DNA from: Thermoplasmata archaeon
GTDB taxonomy: Archaea > Thermoplasmatota > Thermoplasmata > RBG-16-68-12
Length of the DNA: 64,000 nucleotides
Direction: 5' to 3'
Assembly (NCBI GenBank): GCA_036555455.1
Contig: DATBLI010000095.1
Coordinates: forward strand, 84,687 to 148,686
In this document: piece by piece, positions 34,058 to 41,887 of the stretch
How positions within the stretch are numbered: position 1 is the stretch's first letter
Layout of the letters: each line of letters starts with the position of its first letter
Translations under genes and position numbers: made by a program
The notes under the pieces: generated by a model
Told to the model about the DNA's origin: nothing
Database searches by the model: none
Seen by the model: the letters and a program-made list of their open reading frames with translations, nothing else

Positions 34058-35082
34058 GCTACCTGGACGACCTGCACAAGGAGCTCGATCTCCTTGTGCG
34101 CAATCAGAAGAACCTGCCGATCCCCGAGGAAGACGTACCGGAGTTCCACATCTTCCGTCCACGGGATCCGGTGCGGGACATGGTCGCCGTGGACGGGTCC
34201 TACACCTTCCTCCTGAACCTCTCGAGCTGGTGGCTCGCCCTCCTCTCCGTGGGCCTGCTCCGGTACGGGTTCGACGGCGCGCGGTTCCGGAAGAGGGACT
34301 GGCGGCTCACCCAGCGGATGATCGGCATTTCGACATTCGAGGAGTTCGTGGCGAAGCAGGACGACCTCCACCGCTCCCTGTTCGACTTCACCCGCGGCCG
34401 GGAAGAGCAGCCGAGGGACATGGTGAACGAGTATCGCCGTTGGCTCGAAGGACAGCTTGCGATCAACTTCGCGGACGATTTCGAGGATGGGATCATCGCC
34501 GTGGACGGTACCCTCTCCGAGTTCCCGAAGCAGTTCACGTTCATGGGCCGCCTCGTCGAGGTGTGCAAGAAACGCGGCCACGTCCTCGTTGGGATCTCGA
34601 AGGACAGCCAGCTCCACGCGTTCGGCCAGGTCCTCACGGACGAGGACTTCCTCGCGAAGGCCCAGAGGGGGCTCCCGCGGGGCAGCCTCGCCTATGTCCG
34701 TGCACCCGCGGAGTCCGAGGCAAAACGAGAGGGCCTCCTCCACGGGGACATCTATTACGCCCGCCTCCATCCCCAGGCGAGGAAGTGGTTCCGCGTGGAT
34801 GTGGGCGCGTTCCGGGAGGAGCCGGATTTCGTCTTCGGGGAGCTCGCGCCGTACGCGAAGAGCCTTGTGTCCGTCGGCTATCCGTGGCCCCTCATCGAGG
34901 CGCACCGGATGGCCGTGACCGTGCGGCAGCTCAAGCCCGTGTATCAGGAGACGGTGATGCGCGCGGCATTGCGGATGGGGTTGGATGTAAGGACGATCCT
35001 GGACGGGCTGACGCAGATCGAGGGCCGCAAGCGAAGCGCCTTCCATGAGTACCTGGACAGGGTCGCGAGGGACCTGCGATGA
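34054..35082 (+). CDS. nurA: NurA 5'-3' nuclease
   Basis: 'MVAVDGSY', 'IIAVDGTLS', 'VLVGISKDS', 'YPWPLIEAH'. The ATG at 34054 overlaps the rad50 stop. Confidence 0.85.
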   Translation: MSYLDDLHKELDLLVRNQKNLPIPEEDVPEFHIFRPRDPVRDMVAVDGSYTFLLNLSSWWLALLSVGLLRYGFDGARFRKRDWRLTQRMIGISTFEEFVAKQDDLHRSLFDFTRGREEQPRDMVNEYRRWLEGQLAINFADDFEDGIIAVDGTLSEFPKQFTFMGRLVEVCKKRGHVLVGISKDSQLHAFGQVLTDEDFLAKAQRGLPRGSLAYVRAPAESEAKREGLLHGDIYYARLHPQARKWFRVDVGAFREEPDFVFGELAPYAKSLVSVGYPWPLIEAHRMAVTVRQLKPVYQETVMRAALRMGLDVRTILDGLTQIEGRKRSAFHEYLDRVARDLR

Positions 35083-36632
35083 AGATTGGGGAGATCGTCG
35101 CGGGATCCGTGATCGACGGGCTCATCGCGAAGCTCCAGCTGAACAACCCCGAGGAGCTGCGGATCGCGTACCCCGTCATCGTGGAAGGGGAGCGGTACGA
35201 CTTCTACTGTCTCGTCGAGGACGTCATGAACGAGCCGAGCGACATCGCGGACCAGCTCGCGGGCTCTTCGATCAGCGACATCGTCGTGCCTCGGCCGGAG
35301 ACCCACGAAGGGTACGGTGGGCCCATCTTCTACAGCAAGGCGAAGCTTCGGATGATCCAGCTCATCGACCGCGAGATGAAGGCCCTCAGCGAGCCCCAGA
35401 CGATCCCGCCGTACTTCAGCGAGTGCCGCCACGCGACCCGCGAGGACGTGGAGAGAATCTACACACCCACCGCGAAGTCCGCACCGTTGGGCACGATTAC
35501 GGGCGTCGAGCCGTTCTACGTCCACCTGGACATGGAGAAGCTCGTGGAGAAGCCCTTCGCAATCTTCGGCCGCACGGGCACCGGGAAGTCAATCCTCAAC
35601 AAGATCGTGTGCACCGCGATCCTCTCCCGCGACGCCGGGAGCGTGTTCATCTTCGACATGCATGGGGAGTACGGCGTGTACAGCAAGACAGACGGCACGG
35701 AGGGTCTGAAGTACTACTTCCCCGGCAAGGTCGAGATCTTCTCCCTCGACCCGAAGAACCAGGAGGCGAGGCCGTTCGTCCTCGACGCCGCGCAGATCAC
35801 CCCGGAGGACCTCATCATCGCCTTCCAGGATTTCACGCCGCCGATGATCGACCACATCTACCAGATCTGGCGGACGAAGCCACGGGAGGTTGACCTCATC
35901 ACCGCCATTCGCGAGCATCAGGTGACCCAGGGGGAGATCGAGGGCGGCCAGATCCATCTCATGGTCATCCAGGCCCTCCAGCGCCGGATGGGTCGGTTCG
36001 ACCGATTGCCGTTCGTCAAGCCTGGCGGCAAGGATGCCTTCTCCCAGATGCTCGCGACGATCAAGGCAGGCCGATCCGTCGTCCTGGATTTCGGCGATTA
36101 CGGCACGGACCCGATGGTCTACCTCTTTGTGGCCAATGTCCTCGCCCGACGCCTCTTCGACTTGTACACGGAACAGACGGGCGAGTACCCGCGCCTCGTC
36201 CTGTTCCTCGAGGAGGCCCACAAGTTCCTCGACCCAAGGATCGCGGAGTACAGCATCTTCAGCCGCCTCGCCCGCGAGACTCGGAAATTCAACCTGATCC
36301 TCGCCCTGATCGACCAGCGCCCGATGCGGATCGATGACGAGGTCCGCAGCCAGCTTGCGAACCGGCTCATCATGTCCCTCAAAGAGCCCTCCGACGTCGA
36401 GAGTGCCCTGGCCGGCGTGCCGGACAAGGCGATGTGGATGAACATCGTGGCGAAGCTGCCCCTCCGCACGGTGGCGGTCCTCGGGGACGCGATCCGCATC
36501 CCGACGGTCATCGATGTCCTCGAGTACGACGACCTCAAGGTGCGGAAGCACCTTCTGCCCGCGGCGGCTGTGGACGAGAGCACGATGCGGGAAATCTCGA
36601 AGCGCGCGGACGACATCTTCGGACGCGGCTGA
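35079..36632 (+). CDS. herA: HerA helicase (FtsK/HerA-family ATPase)
   Basis: N-terminal HAS-barrel-like 'GEIVAGSVIDGLIAKL', Walker A 'IFGRTGTGKS', Walker B 'LVLFLEEAHKF'. ATGA overlap with nurA. Confidence 0.9.
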   Translation: MKIGEIVAGSVIDGLIAKLQLNNPEELRIAYPVIVEGERYDFYCLVEDVMNEPSDIADQLAGSSISDIVVPRPETHEGYGGPIFYSKAKLRMIQLIDREMKALSEPQTIPPYFSECRHATREDVERIYTPTAKSAPLGTITGVEPFYVHLDMEKLVEKPFAIFGRTGTGKSILNKIVCTAILSRDAGSVFIFDMHGEYGVYSKTDGTEGLKYYFPGKVEIFSLDPKNQEARPFVLDAAQITPEDLIIAFQDFTPPMIDHIYQIWRTKPREVDLITAIREHQVTQGEIEGGQIHLMVIQALQRRMGRFDRLPFVKPGGKDAFSQMLATIKAGRSVVLDFGDYGTDPMVYLFVANVLARRLFDLYTEQTGEYPRLVLFLEEAHKFLDPRIAEYSIFSRLARETRKFNLILALIDQRPMRIDDEVRSQLANRLIMSLKEPSDVESALAGVPDKAMWMNIVAKLPLRTVAVLGDAIRIPTVIDVLEYDDLKVRKHLLPAAAVDESTMREISKRADDIFGRG

Positions 36633-36694
36633 AACCGACACGCGGGCATTCCGCGCGCTGGTTTCTTATACCCTGAGCCGAATCGTATGCGTCC

Positions 36695-37348
36695 ATGGCC
36701 GCGATCCCGCTGCTCCCCACTCTGGGCCCCTCCGCGGGCCTCGTCATCGGAGGAATCCTGATCGTGGCGGGACTCCTCCTGGGGTTCTGGGGCCACGGGG
36801 TCTGGGCCACGGTCATGTCCATGATCGGCGCCCTCTTGGGTTCCGCCGTGGGCTTCCTCGTCGGGACGGCCCTGGGCAACGAACTCGCGGGCCTCGTCCT
36901 CGCGGCGGTCGGAGCGATCATCGGCTCCATTCTCTTCTCGAAACTCGTGAAAGTCGCCCTCGCGTTCCTCGTCGGCCTCCTCGCAGGCGCCCTGACGTAC
37001 TCCCTTCTTCATGGGAGCGGGACGTTCACACCCGGTGCGATGGACACGGCCCTCATCGTCTCGATCGTCGTCGTCGTCATCGTCTTCGGGGTTGCCTTCT
37101 ACTACATCGACGACCTCATCGGAATCATCACCGCCGCGATCGGCGGCCTCCTTGTGGCGGCCGGATTGTACATCCTCAATATCTCCACGCTGGTCGCCGC
37201 GGCCGCAGGGATCGGCGTCTTCCTCCTGGGGGCCTTCGTGCAGACGACGGCGATCAACCGCAAGCGCCGCGCGAAGGCGGCCGCCGCGGCGTATGCGGCG
37301 CAGCCGTACCCCCCACCCCCGCCTCCGCCGCCTCCCCCGCCATCCTGA
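36695..37348 (+). CDS. multi-pass membrane protein with C-terminal polyproline tail
   Basis: G/A/L-rich TM segments throughout. The C-terminus is 'AYAAQPYPPPPPPPPPPPS'. TATA-like 'TTTCTTATAC' (36662..36671) lies about 28 nt upstream of the ATG. Confidence 0.65.
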   Translation: MAAIPLLPTLGPSAGLVIGGILIVAGLLLGFWGHGVWATVMSMIGALLGSAVGFLVGTALGNELAGLVLAAVGAIIGSILFSKLVKVALAFLVGLLAGALTYSLLHGSGTFTPGAMDTALIVSIVVVVIVFGVAFYYIDDLIGIITAAIGGLLVAAGLYILNISTLVAAAAGIGVFLLGAFVQTTAINRKRRAKAAAAAYAAQPYPPPPPPPPPPPS

Positions 37349-37492
37349 GGCTGCGAATCGAGTGGACGAGGCCGGGAACGGCGATACCGACAGCCCTGCG
37401 GCGGTCCGTGTTCAATCGGGACCCGTCACTTTCGGCCATCCCTCCCCTCCGCCCCCGACTTTATATCGCGGACCCCATCGAACCGCGGGGAG

Positions 37493-38302
37493 ATGTCCAT
37501 GTCCGCCCTGATTACGGAATATCCCGCGGTGGCGATCCCCGAGATCCGCGTCGAGACGCGCGGGGCCCTCGCGACGACCGTGCCCGTCCTCGATCGAATC
37601 CTCGGGCCCTTCGAGGCGGGACGCATCACCCTCATCGACAGCGGGAGCGACTTCCTCTTCCACCTCACCACGCTCCTCTGCGTCCGCGCGGTCATGGAGG
37701 GCGAGGACGTCGTCTTCCTCGACGGCGGGAACTCCGTCGATCCGCACGGCATGGTGGCCCTCGGGAGGCGTGCGGGCCTCATTCGGGAGGAGATCCTCCC
37801 GCGGGTCCACGTCGCGCGGGCGTTCACGTGTCACCAGATGACCACATTAATATTGGACATGATGGATGAGAAACTCGCGGAGACGGACGCCGGCTTGCTC
37901 GTCCTTGCCTGCCTGCCGTCGATGTACCTGGACGAGGATGTGCCCGTGGGGGAGGCCCACCAGCTCTTCCAGCGGTCCGTCCGCGCGATCCGTCGCACGG
38001 TCGCGGATCGGGAGGTCGTGGCCCTCGTCACGAACGCGGGGATGGGGAAGCTGTACCGGCGCCGCTCGATACGACGGCAACTCTACGAGTCCGCGGACCG
38101 CGTCGTCCGCATGGCCCACGGGAGCGGAGGCGTCCTCGTCGAACGGCTCGACACCGGGGCGATGGAATGGTTTCGCCCTGTGCGGCCGGACCAAACGACC
38201 CTGGAGGACTTCACGGACGCGCGGCCAAGGATCGTCGACCTCGCGTCCGCGGGTGCGCCCGGGCCGATTCGCCACGCGGAATATCTCCGGCTGGGCTGGT
38301 AG
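37493..38302 (+). CDS. RadA/RadB (Rad51)-like RecA-fold protein lacking Walker A and Walker B
   Basis: 'VPVLDRILGPFEAGRITLI', 'VVFLDGGNSVDPHGM', 'ILPRVHVARAFTCHQM', 'VVALVTNAG' are colinear with the RadA/RadB core. The P-loop position reads 'DSGSDFLFHL'. TATA-like 'CTTTATATC' (37459..37467) lies about 30 nt upstream. Confidence 0.65.
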   Translation: MSMSALITEYPAVAIPEIRVETRGALATTVPVLDRILGPFEAGRITLIDSGSDFLFHLTTLLCVRAVMEGEDVVFLDGGNSVDPHGMVALGRRAGLIREEILPRVHVARAFTCHQMTTLILDMMDEKLAETDAGLLVLACLPSMYLDEDVPVGEAHQLFQRSVRAIRRTVADREVVALVTNAGMGKLYRRRSIRRQLYESADRVVRMAHGSGGVLVERLDTGAMEWFRPVRPDQTTLEDFTDARPRIVDLASAGAPGPIRHAEYLRLGW

Positions 38303-38911
38303 TCAGAGGAGCGCGGAGAGGGCGTTCCACGCGAGCCAGGCCGCGAAGGCGCCGAGGCAGAAAATCGAGAAAGCGAGGACGATGCGGTACGTCCGCGCGT
38401 ACCTCTGTTGCGCGGCCCGGAGAGCATACGGGAACGCCATCGTCCAGAGGATGATGCCCGCGAAGAAGCCGACGAGGACGACCGCGCCGAGCTGATCGAT
38501 GAGGGCGAGGCCCGCGGTGAGCCACCAGAGGAGGGCGTACGGGCTCGTGATGTTCACGGTCAGGCCCGTGACGTAGGAGCCAACGTGGGCTTCGAAGGAG
38601 GGCGCGGACACGGCAGGGACCTGTTTCCACGCCTGGGTCGCCCGCCAGGCGAAGTAGACCATCACGCTCGCGCCCAGGAGCGCGATGAACGGAAAGACGA
38701 CGCGGACGCCCTCGATCAAGGAATGGGCGAGCACAGAGATCACGAGGAAACACGTGTCCGCGGTCAGGGCCCCGACCCCGACGAAGAAGCCCGAGCGCCA
38801 AGATCGCGTGACGGCATGGGAGGCGATGAGGGCGTTCACGGGTCCGGGCGGCGCGGCCAGGGAGAGGCCGAGGACGACGCCCAAGGCCACGGTCGCAAGG
38901 AACTCGAGCAT
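38303..38911 (-). CDS. LysE/RhtB-family amino-acid exporter
   Basis: 'GLSLAAPPGPVNALIASH' N-terminal motif and about 6 TM segments. Confidence 0.8.
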   Translation of the reverse strand: MLEFLATVALGVVLGLSLAAPPGPVNALIASHAVTRSWRSGFFVGVGALTADTCFLVISVLAHSLIEGVRVVFPFIALLGASVMVYFAWRATQAWKQVPAVSAPSFEAHVGSYVTGLTVNITSPYALLWWLTAGLALIDQLGAVVLVGFFAGIILWTMAFPYALRAAQQRYARTYRIVLAFSIFCLGAFAAWLAWNALSALL

Positions 38912-38938
38912 CCCGCGCGGTCATCGTCGCCGCGGCTC

Positions 38939-39721
38939 ATGATTCCTGCCGAGAAGGCTTATAGCGCGTCGGGTGTTCGTCGCGGCGTGCGCATCGGCGG
39001 GTCCACATACAGCAAGGAGCCGTTCCCGAAGCAAGTCGAGGAATTGCGGGAGGCGGGCTTCGACTACGTGGAGCTGGATCTGACCCACGTGCACCTCGAG
39101 CCGCCGAAGCTACGGGAGCAGGCGGCGGAGCTTGCGCGGAAAATCCCCCTGGAGACCGCCCACTTCCCGCCAAGCCAGTTCACGAACGCGGATCTCGGCC
39201 GGTTCGTCGGGTTCATCGACACCCTTGTCCCCGTCGGCACGGGGACGTTCAACGTGCACTTCCTCGAGGCTCGCACAGGCCCTCGGGTCTCTCCGGAGGC
39301 AAAGATCTCCTGGCTGCGGGACCTCGTGAAGGCCGCGGACGACCGCGGCGCGATTGTGACCCTGGAGAACCTGGACGAGCCGCCGGAGCTGCTGCGGCGG
39401 GCCCTCGACGCGATCCCGAGCCTGCGATACTGCCTCGACGTGGGCCACGCCCACCTCGACGGACGCACGGACGGCGGACAGACCTATCTCGCGGCCCTCG
39501 GAGACCGCCTCGGCCTCGCGCATGTCCACGATAATCGTGGCGGGCACGGCAAGGAGGGCGACGAGCATCTCCCGTTCGGGAAGGGGACGATCGACTTGGA
39601 GCGGGACGTGCGGGCGTTGAGAGCCCGTTACGACGGACGCGCGACCCTCGAGATTTTCTCGGGGACCACGGACGACAAGAAAGCCTGTCTGCGAAAGATG
39701 CGGCGGTGGACGCGGGAGTGA
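38939..39721 (+). CDS. xylose-isomerase-like TIM-barrel protein (sugar phosphate isomerase/epimerase family)
   Basis: 'GFDYVELDL', 'TLENLDEP', 'YCLDVGHAHL', 'HVHDNRG' are metal-ligand-like motifs. Start at the internal ATG 38939 of ORF 38408..39721. Confidence 0.7.
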   Translation: MIPAEKAYSASGVRRGVRIGGSTYSKEPFPKQVEELREAGFDYVELDLTHVHLEPPKLREQAAELARKIPLETAHFPPSQFTNADLGRFVGFIDTLVPVGTGTFNVHFLEARTGPRVSPEAKISWLRDLVKAADDRGAIVTLENLDEPPELLRRALDAIPSLRYCLDVGHAHLDGRTDGGQTYLAALGDRLGLAHVHDNRGGHGKEGDEHLPFGKGTIDLERDVRALRARYDGRATLEIFSGTTDDKKACLRKMRRWTRE

Positions 39722-40308
39722 GCCGGCTGCCGGAGGGACCGTTTGGACCCATCGAGAAGGTGGCAGTCCTCCTTCGGGGGTTCTCTGCGCCCTGGTTCGT
39801 GGCCGGCGGCTGGGCGATCGACCTCGTCCTCGAACGCGTGACTCGGCCTCATGAGGACATCGACATCGCCTTCCTGCGGCGGGACCAGGACGCGATGCGG
39901 CCCTATCTGTCCGGGTGGACCTTCACGAAGGTGGTCCTGGGAGAGCGAAGCCTCTGGAGAGAGGGGGAACGACTCCAGTCCCCCGTCCATGAGATTCATG
40001 CCCACCGCATGGACGGCGATCCAGCCGACTTGGAGCTCCTCTTGGAAGAAGTTTCCGGCGACGCCTGGGTCTTCCGCCGGGACCGACGGATCACACGGCC
40101 GCTCATGGCGATTGGGATCCAGGCGGCCTCCGGCGTGCCCTTCCTCGTCCCGGAGATCGTGCTCCTGTACAAGGCGAAGGATCCTTCGGCGAAGGACTCG
40201 GCCGACTTCGAGCTCGTGGGTCCGCGACTCGACGCGGGACCGCGGGAGTGGCTGCGACACGCCCTCGAGGTGTGCCATCCCGGGCACCCCTGGATCCGCC
40301 GGCTCTGA
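39706..40308 (+). CDS. nucleotidyltransferase-fold protein (ANT(2'')/LinF-like family)
   Basis: 'WFVAGGWAIDLVL...RPHEDIDIAF' is a minimal NTase motif. Overlaps the preceding gene by 16 nt. Confidence 0.6.
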   Translation: MDAGVSRLPEGPFGPIEKVAVLLRGFSAPWFVAGGWAIDLVLERVTRPHEDIDIAFLRRDQDAMRPYLSGWTFTKVVLGERSLWREGERLQSPVHEIHAHRMDGDPADLELLLEEVSGDAWVFRRDRRITRPLMAIGIQAASGVPFLVPEIVLLYKAKDPSAKDSADFELVGPRLDAGPREWLRHALEVCHPGHPWIRRL

Positions 40309-40370
40309 GGGAACTTTCGCCCACCCCTCCCCGGAATCCCTCCTTATGGTCTCCGGACCATGATTGTCGG

Positions 40371-40871
40371 ATGGGCCGCACGGTCCCCACGTATCGCCTG
40401 CATCTGGAGTCGATCCTGAACGACTGGATGGACTATCGCCGCGCGCTGCGAGAGAAGGACCGCGAAGCCTTCGACCGCCTCCTGGGCAAGGCGCGGCAGC
40501 ACGCGAGCGCCGCGAGCTACGCCGCCCGCCTGGACCCGACGGACCAAGCGTTCCTGTCCATTCTCCTAGAGATGGAGAAAGATATCCAGAGCGCAAAAGA
40601 TATGTATATGTATATGCATACGCAAGACGTCATGGCCAAGAACATCGCAGTAGCCGACGACGTGTACGAGATGCTCGCAAAGGAGAAGCGGGAGGGGGAG
40701 AGCTTCAGTGACGTCATCCGACGGTGGCGCCGGGGCAAAGGCAGCCTCATGGACGCCTACGGTCTCTGGGCCGATATCCCGGAGAAGGAATGGAAGGAGA
40801 TGGAGGCCGCGATCTTTGGAGCGGACCGTCCTGCCTCGGAGGAGCTGAGACGGAGGAAGATCTGGAAATGA
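40371..40871 (+). CDS. uncharacterised small-protein module reading in frame, without a stop, into vapB
   Basis: 'MGRTVPTYRLHLESILNDWMDYRRALREKDREAFDRLLGKARQHASAASY...SILLEMEKDIQSAK' continues in frame through 'DMYMYMHTQDV' into the VapB Met at 40632. Confidence 0.4.
   Translation: MGRTVPTYRLHLESILNDWMDYRRALREKDREAFDRLLGKARQHASAASYAARLDPTDQAFLSILLEMEKDIQSAKDMYMYMHTQDVMAKNIAVADDVYEMLAKEKREGESFSDVIRRWRRGKGSLMDAYGLWADIPEKEWKEMEAAIFGADRPASEELRRRKIWK
40596..40621 (+). promoter_or_regulatory. AT-rich TATATG-repeat / TATA-like element upstream of vapB
   Basis: 'aaagatatgtatatgtatatgcatac' is a conspicuously AT-rich island in GC-rich coding sequence. It lies 11-36 nt upstream of the vapB ATG (40632). 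Confidence 0.4.
40632..40871 (+). CDS. vapB: VapB-type antitoxin (archaeal DUF217-like)
   Basis: 'MAKNIAVADDVYEMLAKEKREGESFSDVIRR' is typical of archaeal putative VapB antitoxins. The stop overlaps the vapC ATG (ATGA). Confidence 0.7.
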   Translation: MAKNIAVADDVYEMLAKEKREGESFSDVIRRWRRGKGSLMDAYGLWADIPEKEWKEMEAAIFGADRPASEELRRRKIWK

Positions 40872-41266
40872 AGCTGCTCGACACGGCATTCCTCGTGGAC
40901 GTGCTCCGAAGGCAGGAGGACGCGCACCGATTCATCGCGGCGATGGATGAAGCCGGCGAACGGGGTGCGACCACAGAGGTGAACGCGTTCGAACTCATCC
41001 TCGGAACTCACTCTCGCGGTCGGACCGATTCCGATCGGCTCGCCGCCGTGGATACTCTCTTGAGCCGCTTGGACGTCCTGCCTCTGGACCGCGACGGGGC
41101 CATGCGCGCGGCGGGCGTGCTGGCGAGACTCCGAGCCGAGGGAAAGGATCTCGGACTCCTCGATGCGCTGATCGCCGGCATCGCCCTGTCGGCGGGGTAC
41201 GACACGATCGTGACACGGGACGAGGCGTTTCGTCGGATCCCGGGCCTGAAGGTCCATGCGTACTAG
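40868..41266 (+). CDS. vapC: PIN-domain ribonuclease toxin VapC
   Basis: 'MKLLDTAFLVDVL', 'TTEVNAFELI', 'GLLDALIAGIAL', 'IVTRDEAF' carry the conserved acidic PIN residues. Confidence 0.85.
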   Translation: MKLLDTAFLVDVLRRQEDAHRFIAAMDEAGERGATTEVNAFELILGTHSRGRTDSDRLAAVDTLLSRLDVLPLDRDGAMRAAGVLARLRAEGKDLGLLDALIAGIALSAGYDTIVTRDEAFRRIPGLKVHAY

Positions 41267-41819
41267 GCCGAAGCTTCTTTCCCCTCCGCCGATTCCCTTC
41301 GCCGTGGACGTCCGAGAGGGCGATGAGCGGGACTTCCCAGCACTCGAGCGCATCGCGAGGGCCTCCTTCGACCGCGTGTACGCCTTCTTCGCGATCCGCG
41401 GCGCGCGACACGCGTGGCCGTTGCTGGTCTTGGAGGAAAACGGGACGGTCACGGGTTTCCTTGAGGGACGCATCTTCGGTGCGCGCCCGTCCATCGGCTA
41501 TGTGTATTTCGTGGCGGTGGATCCGGACCACCGGCGACGCAGCGCGGGAAGAACCCTCGTCGAGGAATCCCTGCGGAGGTTCCGGGGGCGAAGTGTCACC
41601 CGCGTCTTCGCCGCGGTCCCCGACGACAACGAGGCTTCCATGGGCCTCTTCAGGGCCCTCGGATTCCGGGAAGTGCCGCGGGGAGCGATGTGGCACTGGT
41701 ATCGGTGGCGTAGCGTTGTCGTCCAAACGCGCATGCTCATCGCGCCCCACGAGGTGCTGCTCGTACGCACTTTCACGGACCCCTCCCCCGCATCGCCTGA
41801 TGATGCAGCGCGTCCCTGA
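41256..41819 (+). CDS. GNAT-family acetyltransferase
   Basis: 'YVYFVAVDPDHRRRSAGRTLVEESL' and 'NEASMGLFRALGF'. Overlaps the vapC 3' end by 11 nt. Confidence 0.75.
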   Translation: MRTRPKLLSPPPIPFAVDVREGDERDFPALERIARASFDRVYAFFAIRGARHAWPLLVLEENGTVTGFLEGRIFGARPSIGYVYFVAVDPDHRRRSAGRTLVEESLRRFRGRSVTRVFAAVPDDNEASMGLFRALGFREVPRGAMWHWYRWRSVVVQTRMLIAPHEVLLVRTFTDPSPASPDDAARP

Positions 41820-41887
41820 TAGAGGGACGGGGGAGACCCACGCACGGATGGATCATCGACGCCTACGCAGACTGCGACAAGGACGCG

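Noticed and set aside
38303-41819. Mobile element or genomic island (LysE, isomerase, nucleotidyltransferase, vapBC, GNAT)
   Set aside because: There is no integrase, transposase, tRNA target or flanking direct repeats. GC content looks like the surroundings except for the 26-nt AT-rich patch at 40596..40621. An accessory flavour alone is not evidence of mobility.
41796-41830. Programmed -1 frameshift fusing the GNAT gene to the PolB frame, to explain the PolB N-terminal strand upstream of the first ATG
   Set aside because: No X_XXY_YYZ slippery heptamer or obvious downstream structure is present at the GNAT stop ('cgt ccc tga tag'). A non-canonical initiation codon, or a genuinely truncated N-terminus, is simpler. 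I left this as an open question inside the PolB finding.
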